Positions 1 through 25,989 of a DNA stretch of 64,000 nucleotides are shown here, one piece after another. A program made the translations under genes and the position numbers. The notes under the pieces are model-generated. The model was not told where the DNA came from. It did not search any database and was given only the letters and a program-made list of their open reading frames with translations. Location: positions 260,651 through 324,650 of the forward strand of contig NIVC01001145.1 in assembly GCA_002269645.1 (NCBI GenBank), read 5' to 3'. The stretch's first letter is position 1. Every line of letters begins with the position of its first letter. This DNA comes from Macrostomum lignano. Its lineage: Eukaryota.

Positions 1-132
1 CAGAGTCTACTAGACAGAACTGATACAAATAACACTGTTATTTGCGCTTCTAGAATTTTCAAGCCAGAAATCTGCCGTGACATGGTGCCAAAGAATCTGC
101 CCGCATGTGGTGATGAGCAGCTGAACCAAAGT

Positions 133-985
133 AGGGTGGAGGAAGGCTGGGAGGGGATAGAAAAACTAAGTAACCAGAGAGGGGTGGGGGGAGGCAGGAA
201 GGGGGGGGGTAGAAAAACTTGCCAAGAGTGAGTGGGGAAGGCAGGAAGGGGTAGAAAAACTTGCCAAGAGTGGGTGGGGAAGGGAAGAAGGGGGTAGAAA
301 AACTAGCCAAGAGTGGGCTGGGGGGAAGCTGGGAGGGGATAGAAAATCCAATAACCAGAGAGGGGTGGGGGGAAGGCAGGAAGGGGGTAGAAAAACTTGC
401 CAAGAGTGGGCTGGGGGGAGGCTTGGAGGGGATAGAAAATCGAATAACCAGAGAGGGGTGGGGGGGAAGGCAGGAAGGGGGTAGAAAAACTAGCCAAGAG
501 TGGGTGGGGAAGGCAGGAAGGGGGTAGAAAAACTTGCCAAGAGTGGGTGGGGAAGGGAAGAAGGGGGTAGAAAAACTAGCCAAGAGTGGGCTGGGGGGAA
601 GCTGGGAGGGGATAGAAAATCCAATAACCAGAGAGGGGTGGGGGGAAAGCAGGAAGGGGGTAGAAAAACTTGCCAAGAGTGGGCTGGGGGGAGGCTTGGA
701 GGGGATAGAAAATCGAATAACCAGAGAGGGGTGGGGGGAAGGCAGGAAGGGGGTAGAAAAACTAGCCAAGAGTGGGTGGGGAAGGCAGGAAGGGGGTAGA
801 AAAACTTGCCAAGAGTGGGTGGGGAAGGCAGGACGGGGGTAGAAAAACTTGCCAAGAGTGGGGTGGGGGAGGCTGGGAGGGGGTAGAAAAACTTGCCAAG
901 AGTGGGGTGGGGGGAGGCTGGGAGGGGTAGAAAAACTTGCCAAGAGTGGGGTGGGGAGAGGCTGGGAGGGGGGGGGGGTAGAAAA
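133..985. repeat. G-rich composite minisatellite (core GGGGTAGAAAAACTTGCCAAGAGTGGG plus variants)
   Basis: Core recurs about every 40-60 bp with higher-order blocks. The overlapping Pro/Gly-rich ORFs in several frames are repeat artefacts. Confidence 0.9.
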
Positions 986-2006
986 CCCCAATAAATCCCC
1001 TAGCCAATCAGACGTTCGGAGAGCCTAGTCCCACTAGTCCAGTCAAACTGACTATTGTCCTACGCGAGGTGCTAGACTGTCAGCGCTAGGGAATAAACAG
1101 CTGTATGTTAAAAAAATAAACGAAACCTAAAGAAAAATACGACATAAACGGGAGAAGAACATGGGGTCCGCGAAATAGAGACTACGTGTAAAACATAGGC
1201 TCGATATCACTAACTTCAAAAGCTTGATAGTTCAGAAAGACAAAAAGATTCCAGCAGAAAGAGAACTAATAAAAACAACTACTACTACTAACTACTACTA
1301 CTACTATAAACTACTACTTTCAGAGATTGTGAAGTAATTCGAGCTTGTAAATTTCAGTTTTATTTAAAACGAGACTTTACTTGTCAAAATCCAACGTTCT
1401 AGATAAATATGTTACTTAGGAATTACTGATGTTAGTCACTTTTTCACAATGTACAACTGAAAAGTCCGGAGCTAATCTTGCATAAGTTTAAGCGTACATG
1501 TACAAGCGTTGTTTACCAGACCAATACTGCGCAATCGCTGGTCGCTGGCAGTAGCAGAATGTATCAATGTGTAAGCGGCTGCTTAAAAATATACAAATGG
1601 CATGTAGAACTATTGAACCTTCAGCCGTGGTTGCTTCAATTACCAATGTATCCAATATACACAGGCTCCAGGTCCATTATTAGTAGTGTGCACGTCCGAA
1701 AGAGAGAGGCAGAAGGGAGAGGCACAGGAATTTCATGCTAACCTTTATAATTGATGAAACACATGTCTCCGAGCGCACAAATATTTTAGCGCTCGAGCAG
1801 TTCACCAATCAGTGCTTGTTAGCAGACATTTTTTGAATCGAGAGGCATTTGTTAAAATCAACTGATCTTTTCCTAATTTCTAAGCAAAAATATTCTATTT
1901 TGCGGAGAAATGCTTGGTAAGTTTTGTAGCGTTTCTTTCTTAATTGTGCAGATCAGCATCCATTCTCAAGGCTTCCTTCTTCTTTTGGCCGGTAGATCTA
2001 AACTCA

Positions 2007-2125
2007 ATCTCACCCCTCTTATCTCACCACGCTTATCTCACCCCTCTTATCTCAACCCTCTTATCTCAACCCTCTTATCTCACCCCTCTTATCTCACCCC
2101 TCTTATCTCACCCCTCTTATCTCAC
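2007..2125. repeat. 14-bp tandem repeat (CCCTCTTATCTCAC)n
   Basis: About 8 units visible directly. Confidence 0.9.
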
Positions 2126-2375
2126 TCCTGTGTCTCTCAGCTTACAGTGTATCTCTTAAGTTAACATACGGACCCGTACATAAAAAATACTGTATTTACT
2201 AAATCTATGTACTCGTACTAACAATCCAAATATACTAAATCTCTAAGGTTTGTATGTTTGAATGAATGTCCATAACGCTCTAGAGATCGCAATTCTTGAC
2301 CTATCCTATATACTAAAAAAGAAATACTTACTATTTTTGTAAATAGAAAACAGTTTCAGTGCGCAAATATTCCTT

Positions 2376-2395
2376 AGACAGACAGAAAGACAGGC

Positions 2396-2488
<93 letters not shown>

Positions 2489-2510
2489 GGCAGACAGACA
2501 GACAGACAGA
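2376..2510. repeat. (AGAC)n microsatellite
   Basis: Directly visible. Confidence 0.97.
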
Positions 2511-2823
2511 AAAGCCAAACAGTAAAAGTAGCACTGCAGATTAAATCGCAAAATTTGATAGCCAAAATTGTTGCAGAATATGCGCTTGAATTGTAATAAC
2601 TTTGCAGGCCTTCCGCCATAAAACATTCGGTTCGATAAATCTTGAAGTAAGAGCTTTCACTGTGCTTTGCTGTAGGCAGTGTGGGTACTGCGCACAGCAG
2701 GGTAGTGTACAGGTCACGTTTAGTTTTCACCTTACTTCACCCCTCACATTGCTGCGCAGCAAAATTATATTTTTACCTTGAATAATAGATAAAGATAAAA
2801 AATTACCCCTGATTTGCAGTGTA

Positions 2824-3288
2824 ACTGTCCGCTGTCAGTCCTTCAGCTGTCAGTCCCAACAGCTCCCCTGATCCCCCAGCTGTCAGTCCCAACAGCTCCC
2901 CTGATCCCCCAGCTGTCAGTCCCAACAGCTCCCCTGATCCCCCAGCTGTCAGTCCCAACAGCTCCCCTGATCCCCCAGCTGTCAGTCCCAACAGCTCCCC
3001 TGATCCCCCAGCTGTCAGTCCCAACAGCTCCCCTGATCCCCCAGCTGTCAGTCCCAACAGCTCCCCTGATCCTTCAGCTGTCAGTCCCAACAGCTCCCCT
3101 GATCCTTCAGCTGTCAGTCCCAACAGCTCCCCTGATCCTTCAGCTGTCAGTCCCAACAGCTCCCCTGATCCTTCAGCTGTCAGTCCCAACAGCTCCCCTG
3201 ATCCTTCAGCTGTCAGTCCCAACAGCTCCCCTGATCCCCCAGCTGTCAGTCCCAACAGCTCCCCTGATCCTTCAGCTGTCAGTCCCAA
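2824..3288. repeat. 33-bp minisatellite (CAGCTGTCAGTCCCAACAGCTCCCCTGATCCYY), about 13 copies
   Basis: Directly visible; matches the 11-aa periodicity of the overlapping ORFs. Confidence 0.95.
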
Positions 3289-4015
3289 CACCGGGTGAAG
3301 TGTTCGAAAGGTTTACTAAAACAATTTCACAGTTTATTAATACGAATGCCACTTGGAAAATAACAAGGAGTATATTTTCTAATATTCATATGCATATTCC
3401 TTAGTACATCTGTTATGAACACACTTGCAATGATACAGTTTCTCATACGGTACGGATCGGGCATGCAGATGGAGCATCAAGTTAATATCTCAGCACTATT
3501 ATTTAACAAATCAATCGTTCCGTTGCAGACCTGGTGTGACACATCTGAACAGCGTGAAAGTTAATCTTTCAAGTATGGGAAACCAATGAGAAAAAGCTAG
3601 CAGTCAAACAAATAATTGTTGATAGTTATAGCAAACCTCTTTAAATCCTCCCATTTTGACAATAATTTACATATGCCAGCATGTTAAAATTTCTCACTTC
3701 AACAAAACTAAGGGCGCTTGAAATTCAAATGAAAGAATATCGACTGGGGTTATGCAAGGTAAGACAAGGAAAAATATGTTTCAATTTTTAAAGACATTTT
3801 CTGACATTCGCAACAATGTGGATTAACAAAGACTACGGGTTGCCACCCTGCACTGCAGTTCAATATAATGTGCGATTTTCTTTACCTGCAAAAATAGCAA
3901 AACTGAACGATAAGGAAACCGAATAGAAAACAATAAACAAACAAACTAAAATTGCAGGTGGTTGGTATCTATGTTTAAAAACAGATTTAGCAATACGTTA
4001 AACATAAGTGTTTGG

Positions 4016-4926
4016 TAGGCTAGACTAGCAATCCATTCTATTCCCATATCATATATATCGGATAGACTAGCAATCCAATCTATTCCCATATCATGTATAT
4101 TAGCTAGACTAGCAATCCATTCTATTCCCATATCATGTATATTGGCTAGACTAGCAATCCAATCTATTCCCATATCATGTATATTAGCTAGACTAGCAAT
4201 CCATTCTATTCCCATATCATGTATATTAGCTAGACTAGCAATCCAATCTATTCCCATATCATATATATCGGATAGACTAGCAATCCATTCTATTCCCATA
4301 TCATGTATATTAGCTAGACTAGCAATCCATTCTATTCCCATATCATGTATATTGGCTAGACTAGCAATCCAATCTATTCCGATATCATGTATATTAGCTA
4401 GACTAGCAATCCATTCTATTCCCATATCATATATATCGGATAGACTAGCAATCCATTCTATTCCCATATCATGTATATTAGCTAGACTAGCAATCCATTC
4501 TATTCCCATATCATGTATATTGGCTAGACTAGCAATCCATTCTATTCCCATATCATGTATATTGGCTAGACTAGCAATCCATTCTATTCCCATATCATGT
4601 ATATTAGCTAGACTAGCAATCCATTCTATTCCCATATCATATATATCGGATAGACTAGCAATCCATTCTATTCCCATATCATGTATATTAGCTAGACTAG
4701 CAATCCATTCTATTCCCATATCATGTATATTAGCTAGACTAGCAATCCATTCTATTCCCATATCATGTATATTGGCTAGACTAGCAATCCATTCTATTCC
4801 CATATCATGTATATTGGCTAGACTAGCAATCCATTCTATTCCCATATCATGTATATTAGCTAGACTAGCAATCCAATCTATTCCGATATCATGTATATTG
4901 GCTAGACTAGCAATCCATTCTATTCT
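4016..4926. repeat. 42-bp minisatellite (GCTAGACTAGCAATCCATTCTATTCCCATATCATGTATATTA), about 21 copies
   Basis: Directly visible; 14-aa periodicity in ORFs 3946..4929 and 4142..4933. Confidence 0.95.
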
Positions 4927-5093
4927 CACCTAAACAGCCCACAAGAAACATCGATTTTTCTGAAAGTGACTTTTAAACCATAAAATTACCAACTGTTGAA
5001 ATCGTAAAGCAGGTATTTCAAATTTGAGGTTCGACAAAGGTCTTGGATAACGTTCCAGTTCTTCAGAAAAGTACAAAACGCAGAGTAGTCTGT

Positions 5094-17265
<12,172 letters not shown>

Positions 17266-17324
17266 CTGTTATTCTATTGCGATAGGAAAAGTTGTGCTGA
17301 TTTATTTAGTGAGCAATTTCTCAT

Positions 17325-19725
17325 CTGACAGACCTATTGAGCTACTGACAGAATACTTCTAACAGACCTATTGAGCTACTGACAGAATACTTCTGACAGA
17401 CTCATTGAGCTACTGACAGAATCTTTCTGACAGACTCATTGAGCTACTGACAGAATACTTCTAACAGACCTATTGAGCTACTGACAGAATACTTCTAACA
17501 GACTCATTGAGCTACTGACAGAATCTTTCTGACAGACTCATTGAGCTACTGACAGAATCTTTCTGACAGACTCATTGAGCTACTGACAGAATCTTTCTGA
17601 CAGGCTTATTGAGCTACTGACAGAATCTTTCTGACAGACTCACTGAACTACTGACATACCCCTTCTGACAGACCTATTGAGCTACTGACAGACCTATTGA
17701 GCTACTGACAGACCTATTGAGCTACTGACAGACCTATTGAGCTTCTGACAGACCTATTGAACTTCTGACATACCTATTGAGCTACTGACATACCCCCTTC
17801 TGACAGACCTAATGAGCTACTGACAGACCTATTGAGCTACTGACAGACCTATTGAGCTTCTGACAGACCTATTGAGCTTCTGACATACCTATTGAGCTAC
17901 TGACATACCCCCTTCTGACAGACCTAATGAGCTACTGACAGACCAATTTAGCTACTGACAGACCTATTGAGCTTCTGACAGACCTATTGAGCTTCTGACA
18001 TACGTATTGAGCTACTGACATACCCCCCTTCTGACAGACCTATTGAGCTACTGACAGACCTATTGAGCTACTGACAGACCTATTGAGCTACTGACAGACC
18101 TATTGAGCTACTGACAGACCTATTGAGCTACTGACAGACCTATTGAGCTACTGACAGACCTATTGAGCTACTGACAGACCTATTGAGCTACTGACATACC
18201 CCCTTCTGACAGACCTATTGAGCTACTGACATACCCCCCTTCTGACATACCTATTGAGCTACTGACATACCCCCCTTCTGACAGACCTATTGAGCTACTG
18301 ACAGACCAATTTAGCTACTGACAGACCTATTGAGCTTCTGACAGACCTATTGAGCTTCTGACATACCTATTGAGCTACTGACATACCCCCTTCTGACATA
18401 CCTATTGAGCTACTGACATACCCCCCTTCTGACAGACCTATTGAGCTACTGACAGACCTATTGAGCTACTGACAGACCTATTGAGCTACTGACAGACCTA
18501 TTGAGCTACTGACAGACCTATTGAGCTACTGACAGACCTATTGAGCTACTGACAGACCTATTGAGCTACTGACAGACCTATTGAGCTACTGACAGACCTA
18601 TTGAGCTACTGACAGACCTATTGAGCTACTGACAGACCTATTGAGCTACTGACAGACCTATTGAGCTACTGACAGACCTATTGAGCTACTGACAGACCTA
18701 TTGAGCTACTGACAGACCTATTGAGCTACTGACAGACCTATTGAGCTACTGACAGACCTATTGAGCTACTGACAGACCTATTGAGCTACTGACAGACCTA
18801 TTGAGCTACTGACAGACCTATTGAGCTACTGACAGACCTATTGAGCTACTGACAGACCTATTGAGCTACTGACAGACCTATTGAGCTACTGACAGACCTA
18901 TTGAGCTACTGACAGACCTATTGAGCTACTGACAGACCTATTGAGCTACTGACAGACCTATTGAGCTACTGACAGACCTATTGAGCTACTGACATACCCC
19001 TTCTGACAGACTCATTGAGCTACTGACATACCCCTTCTGACAGACTCATTGAGCTACTGACAGAATCCTTCTCACAGACTCACTGAGCTACTGACATACC
19101 TCTTCTGACAGACCCAATGAGCTACTGACAGACCTATGGAGCTACTGACAGACCTATTGAGCTACTGACAGACCTATTGAGCTACTGACAGACCTATTGA
19201 GCTACTGACATACCCCTTCTGACAGACTCATTGAGCTACTGACATACCCCTTCTGACAGACTCATTGAGCTACTGACAGAATCCTTCTCACAGACTCACT
19301 GAGCTACTGACATACCTCTTCTGACAGACCCAATGAGCTACTGACAGACCAATTTAGCTACTGACAGACCTATTGAGCTTCTGACAGACCTATTGAGCTT
19401 CTGACATACCTATTGAGCTACTGACATACCCCCCTTCTGACAGACCTATTGAGCTACTGACAGACCTATTGAGCTACTGACAGACCTATTGAGCTACTGA
19501 CAGACCTATTGAGCTACTGACAGACCTATTGAGCTACTGACAGACCTATTGAGCTACTGACAGACCTATTGAGCTACTGACAGACCTATTGAGCTACTGA
19601 CAGACTTATTGAGCTACTGACAGACCTATTGAGCTACTGACAGACCTATTGAGCTACTGACAGACCTATTGAGCTACTGACAGACCTATTGAGCTACTGA
19701 CAGACCTATTGAGCTACTGACAGCT
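17325..19725. repeat. 20-bp satellite (CTGACAGACCTATTGAGCTA)n with longer variant units
   Basis: Perfect core at about 18430-18990 with more variable flanks. Confidence 0.97.
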
Positions 19726-20547
19726 TCCCTGATAGACAACGAGCTGCACTCACCAAACGGAATCTTGCCTTGCACTCAGCTTTGGAACCGGTTTGTAAGA
19801 CATTCCACCGTCAGTTTTATTGAAGCAGTCGATAAATTAATAATTAATATTCAAATAATGCTCTACAGTCGGCCCCGAGCCCAAACTGTTCTCACTCTCT
19901 CCCTCCGTCTGTCTCCGTGGCGGCTCTACCACCCCTTGAACTCGGTTAGTGCTGGCATCCCAGATTGGGATCAAAACTGCTATAAGGGGAAGCACCTTAG
20001 GGACTGAGAAGTAAAGCAGTAAACAAAGTATTGAGCACTGCCGCTTCTTAGTCTCAAATTCAGTACAGCTTTGGAAGTTGACAGAAATAACAAATAAAAA
20101 ATAGCTGCCAGACTGACTTGCTCGGCTTGGCAACTGAGCAGTTATTTTTCAACACCGCTTCCAGCCCGAAATCCCAACCGTAGCCTGCCATTGGCTTACA
20201 ATGGGAGCAAATTTTTGCGGACAGAGCAGAGGGAGTGGGTCTAAGTTAGCTTGGATTCGACAAGGGCCCATTGTGTGATTTCGGTATAGCGAAAAATGTC
20301 AAGGGACAGAACTAGTCAAATTCAGCACACAGTGTGCGGAGAGAGAGGGGGGAGCTAGAATAAATCAATCGATAAATTCTATTTCCGTGCAAAGCCAGTA
20401 AAAGAAAATTTAAAATCCACAGGGTAAAAGCATAGAGCCTCTGTGAGATTAGAGGCTAAAATTAGAATTTCAGCTAGAATTAGAATTGCCTTATCTTATG
20501 CACTAAACATTGTACTAGTGTAAATCAGTGTAGCTGCATTGGGCATG

Positions 20548-21312
20548 ACACACACTGAGCTGCACTCATGAGAAATGAGTTGGTCTCTGAGAACACACAC
20601 ACTGAGCTGCACTCATGAGAAATGAGTTGGTCTCTGAGAACACACACACTGAGCTGCACTCATGAGAAATGAGTTGGTCTCTGAGAACACACACACTGAG
20701 TGCACTCATGAGAAATGAGTTGGTCTCTGAGAACACACACACTGAGCTGCACTCATAAGAAATGAGTTGGTCTCTGAGAACACACACACTGAGCTGCACT
20801 CATAAGAAATGAGTTGGTCTGTGAGAACACACACACTGAGCTGCACTCATGAGAAATGAGTTGGTCTCTGAGAACACACACTGAGCTGCACTCATGAGAA
20901 ATGAGTTGGTCTCTGAGAACACACACACTGAGTGCACTCATGAGAAATGAGTTGGTCTCTGAGAACACACACTGAGCTGCACTCATGAGAAATGAGTTGG
21001 TCTCTGAGAAAACACACACACTGAGCTGCACTCATAAGAAATGAGTTGGTCTGTGAGAACACACACACTGAGCTGCACTCATGAGAAATGAGTTGGTCTC
21101 TGAGAACACACTGAGCTGCACTCATGAGGAATGAGTTGGTCTCTGAGAACACACACACTGAGCTGCACTCATGAGGAATGAGTTGGTCTCTGAGAACACA
21201 CACTGAGCTGCACTCATGAGGAATGAGTTGGTCTCTGAGAACACACTGAGCTGCACTCATGAGAAATGAGTGGGTCTCTGAGAACACACACACTGAGCTG
21301 CACTCATGAGGA
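20548..21312. repeat. About 47-bp minisatellite (ACACACACTGAGCTGCACTCATGAGAAATGAGTTGGTCTCTGAGAAC)
   Basis: Directly visible; unit length varies with the (AC)n run. Confidence 0.95.
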
Positions 21313-22044
21313 ACCTCGGACACACTGGGCTCTTCCCTGTCAATCTCGAAGTTATATTTGATACGCAAATACAGATTTCCTACACTTTGACAAACTCTCT
21401 GACATAATCTGCAACTTTGATGCCTTCAAAACAGCATAGATCTTAAACTTAAATTCTTCCAACAAGAGTTAAACCCAGTGTAAGCCTATAAAAAGCACTT
21501 TTAGCTCGTAGTTAACCAAATCCTCGCCCACTCTTCATTTTGGAGCCCTAGCTGAGTCCTCTGGCAACACACCCCCCTGCATGGCCCTCTTGCAGTTATT
21601 GCCCCAGCTGTGGGGATCTGCTTGCCCTAGTCAAACTTTAGGAGAGAATGCAGCTAGCTATATATAAGTTCCACAGGCTTACCTATATCGCAGCCAGTAC
21701 TCAGCAACATTCTTCGCAGTTTCTGTCAGTGGTGGGCATGCGCCCGCACCGTTTCAACTTTCTCTAACTGTATGACGGCCGCATTTTGCAAGCGGTGCTA
21801 TTCAGAGACGTTACTGAGAAACTATGGGGCCTGTGTGGGAGAGAAGTAGAGAGAGGAGTGGCACTGGTGCAAGTGCACACGGAATTAGAAGCGAATTCCT
21901 GGGCCTCTCTATTCAACCCAGTGCAAACAGCAGACTTAAGGACTGCGCTTGACGGACTCTCTCACCGACCGCTTTCTCCTCAATTTACCCTCTGCCCCCT
22001 CCGCCTGCCCTCTCCCTGCTTGTCTTCCTTGTTTTAACTATTCA

Positions 22045-22410
22045 CCTCTCTCCCTCCCTTCCCCCTAGACCCCTCTCTCCCTCACTTCCCTCTAGACCCC
22101 TCTCTCCCTCCCTTCCCTCTAGACCCCTCTCTCCCTCCCTTCCCTCTAGACCCCTCTCTCCCTCCCTTCCCTCTAGACCCCTCTCTCCCTCACTTCCCTC
22201 TAGACCCCTCTCTCCCTCCCTTCCCTCTAGACCCCTCTCTCCCTCCCTTCCCTCTAGACCCCTCTCTCCCTCCCTTCCCTCTAGACCCCTCTCTCCCTCC
22301 CTTCCCTCTAGACCCCTCTCTCCCTCCCTTCCCTAGCTCTAGACCCCTCTCTCCCTCCCTTCCCCCTAGACTCCTCTCTCCTCCCTTCATTCACCCTAGA
22401 TCCCTCTCTA
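22045..22410. repeat. 27-bp pyrimidine-rich repeat (TCCCTCTAGACCCCTCTCTCCCTCCCT)
   Basis: Directly visible. Confidence 0.93.
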
Positions 22411-23149
22411 GCTCCTTCTTTCCCTCTTATTCGCAGTCTCCAGACAGTCTCCCTGGCCATGATTTTCAATGAATACGCAATATATCTGTTAGCAAATATA
22501 GTATTTGGCCTCTGCTAACAAGACAGAATAGATTCTAAACAGACAATACAATTGTAGGCAAACGCTCCAGCATGAACTGGTACTAACTGTGTTCACACAG
22601 CGAGCATGCATGGCTAAATGCTAATGCATTGTCTCTGCAGTTATTTTCTAAACTAATCATACAAATCATATTTCCCAGGTCGTTATCAGTCTATATTTAG
22701 CTGCAGGCGAGTCGCATAACTAAAAAAACTAAATAGACTGATCTGCAATTTTCTTATCGCAATATCTAGCTCTTAAGTCGCCCCGTCCCATTAACAAGTA
22801 CTATTAGAAACAATCGAATAACAACTGTTAAGTTTTCTATCTTGCTACTAATTAGTAGTAACCACAGATACTAGAATACTAGATACTCAAGACATCTAAA
22901 TATACTAATTAGATACTATTATGGATACTATAACCAGTTAAACTAGATTTTAAAATTTAAAAATAGTACAACGTCTACTCTTTTCTTGCGTAGTTTGCGT
23001 AGTGGACAGCTAAAATTATTAATTATTAATTTAATGTGACAGCTAAATTTGCTTTTCTTCCTCGGGGTTTGTCACCTCAGGAGCATCTGGGTTTAAGAAT
23101 GAACAAGCATTTAACTCAATGTACACAAAAGTGACCGCAAGACGGACGA

Positions 23150-23535
23150 AACTCAGCCTAGGGGACAGGCCCAGTCAGGCCAGCCAATGAGAGAGCAGTA
23201 AGGAGAGAGATCAAAGTCAGACGGAAGAAACTCAGCCTAGGGGAAGGCCTAATCTGGCCAGCCAATGAGAGAGCAGTAAGGAGAGAGGTCAAAGTCAGAC
23301 GGAAGAAACTCAGCCTAGGGGAAGGCCTAATCTGGCCAGCCAATGAGAGAGCAGTAAGGAGAGAGGTCAAAGTCAGACGGAAGAAACTCAGCCTAGGGGA
23401 AGGCCTAATCTGGCCAGCCAATGAGAGAGCAGTAAGGAGAGAGGTCAAAGTCAGACGGAAGAAACTCAGCATAGGGGGCAGGCCTAATCTGGCCAGCCAA
23501 TGAGAGAGCAGTAAGGAGAGAGGTCAAAGTCAGAC
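23150..23535. repeat. 78-bp tandem repeat, about 5 copies
   Basis: ACGGAAGAAA recurs at 23221 and 23299; 26-aa periodicity in the minus-strand ORF. Confidence 0.93.
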
Positions 23536-24397
23536 ACAAGCGGGCAAGAGGAAAGCCAAATTGTTTATCGGTCTGGCTGGGGGTTGGGATGCCACCTCTT
23601 TCTCTCTTGCTCGGTATGCACACGCACTAGAAGTTTAAATAATTTATCGATTCTGAGGCAGTCTGGAGTTGGTAAAACAGATGAAGACATTAATTTAATG
23701 GGTCTGCTATTAGAAAGCCAGACTCCTTGATTGCAGCTTCAAAACTTTAAATATCCATGTAAAATGTAATAAATATCTAAGTTTACTATTATAAAAACAA
23801 AAACGCTAATTTTGCTACTGAAAAGAGTAGATAAGCGCAGACTTTGCGACTGAAATATTTAGTTATTCGGTAGTATCTGTGGTTAGAAAATCCAAGTTCC
23901 ACTCCCAGTGGAACTTCTCAGTTAAACAAAAAACAATCAATTCCAAAAAATTACAAGCAGTTTTTTACGACACAAACTTGTCTCTAAAAAAATCAGGTTT
24001 CCCGAATAAATAATCACAGCTTTATTATTTTATTCATACCGATTTATACAAAAAACTATTGCTGTCGATAAGTCAAAAGAACTGGACGCTGTACTGTGTA
24101 AAATTGTTGTATAGATGGCATCAAATCAATGCACAGACGGTACAATGCAATTTTCACACTACATAGAGCATTTACAGGATTATTATAGTGTTGTTTTTCA
24201 AAAATCAAAATCATCAATACCAATTCAAAGTATACAAAAAGAATATTTGACTCGCACAACATCGACTATAATTCCACAACCATTGATAATCAAACAATAA
24301 TAAATAATAACTTCATAGTTGCTTGAGTATTTGATTTGCTAACACTGCGAAAAGGCAAACGATATCGAATATTATCAGGGAAGGGTTAGCAGATTTT

Positions 24398-24855
24398 TCA
24401 GGAGAGGGGGTGGCAGCTAAGCTCACACACGGATATGTCAGGAGAGGGGGTGGCAGCTCACACACGGATATGTCAGGAGAGGGGGTGGCAGCTCACACAC
24501 GGATATGTCAGGAGAGGGGGTGGCAGCTCACACACGGATATGTCAGGAGAGGGGGTGGCAGCTGAGCTCACACACGGATTTGTCAGGAGAGGGGGTGGCA
24601 GCTGAGCTCACACACGGATTTGTCAGGAGAGGGGGTGGCAGCTGAGCTCACACACGGATTTGTCAGGAGAGGGGGGTGGCAGCTGAGCTCACACACGGAT
24701 TTGTCAGGAGAGGGGGGTGGCAGCTGAGCTCACACACGGATTTGTCAGGAGAGGAGGTGGCAGCTGAGCTCACACACGGATTTGTCAGGATAGGGTGGCA
24801 ACTCACACACGGACATGTCAGGAGAGGGGTGGCAGCTCACACACGGATATGTCAT
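24398..24855. repeat. 35/40-bp minisatellite (GTCAGGAGAGGGGGTGGCAGC[TGAGC]TCACACACGGATWT)
   Basis: Directly visible. Confidence 0.92.
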
Positions 24856-25486
24856 GCTTGATATTTGTTCGTTAAACCCGTGCAATACAGTCAACAGGTG
24901 TGAATGAAAAATAGTTAATTGACAAGGAGAACAAGAGCAACTAAAAGGTAGCCCTAAATAAAAAAAGCAAACCAGTCAGAAAAAATGTCCATAATAAATG
25001 CCACAATAACAACAACAGCGTGGAAGCAGGCTGGAATTACCGAGTTAAAAAAGAAACACCAATACATATACGTAATTAAATTTGTTATAAAATATGCAAT
25101 GAATATTGATTATTGCTAATTTAGGAGACAAAAAGCCTCGTTGAAGACGAACACGAAGGGGGAAATAACACACCCAATGCTAATTATCACCTGCATGATG
25201 TAATATAATAGTTTCTATACACACAAAATTAAATAAAATCGTCAAGCATATAAACAAAAAGTAGCTTGGAAGCGACTAAAAAAGCGATTATTATCAATAA
25301 TAACTGGGCTAGAGAGCGAATGAGTAACTGACTAGGGGGTTGATGGGATGCTGGGCAATTTTGAGCTGGTCCACTGTTGCTGTGAATAAATACGTGGGCA
25401 CAATTACTAAAAGTGCACTTTGATGTACTTTATTAAGTTTACTATGACTTTAATTAGCAAAGATTAGAAATGATAGACTTGAGAGA

Positions 25487-25895
25487 AATGAGAGGGGAAT
25501 GAGTGGGGAATGAGAAGGGAATGAGTGGGGAATGAGTGGGGAATGAGTGGGGAATGAGTGGGGAATGAGTGGGGAATGAGTGGGGAATGAGTGGGGAATG
25601 AGTGGGGAATGAGTGGGGAATGAGTGGGGAATGAGAGGGGAGTGAGAGGGGAATGAGTGGGGAATGAGTGGGGAATGAGAGGGGAGTGAGAGGGGAATGA
25701 GTGGGGAATGAGTGGGGAATGAGTGGGGAATGAGTGGGGAATGAGTGGGGAATGAGTGGGGAATGAGTGGGGAATGAGTGGGGAATGAGTGGGGAATGAG
25801 AGGGGAATGAGAGGGGAATGGGATGAGAATGAGTGGGGAATGAGAGGGGAATGAGTGGGAAATGAGAAGGGAATGAGAGGGGAATGAGAGGGAAA
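25487..25895. repeat. 11-bp G-rich repeat (GAGTGGGGAAT)n
   Basis: Directly visible. Confidence 0.95.
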
Positions 25896-25989
25896 TGACA
25901 GGTGTTACTCGTATCTATCCAGCTGACACAGCTGATAGCCAAAGTCAGGCCATCAAAGTCAGTCAGTGCTAAAACCGGCTTATCATCAA

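Noticed and set aside
19745-19815. Strong minus-strand donor (TTTG|GTGAGT) as the missing upstream kinase exon
   Set aside because: The ATG-initiated frame ends in phase 2 and does not fit the phase-0 acceptor at 17265. The phase-0 frame has an upstream stop with no acceptor. Left unresolved; it could be a UTR exon.
19794-20200. Possible solo LTR (TGTAAGAC...GGCTTACA)
   Set aside because: Flanks (CGGTT versus ATGGG) give no TSD and no second copy is present in the window.
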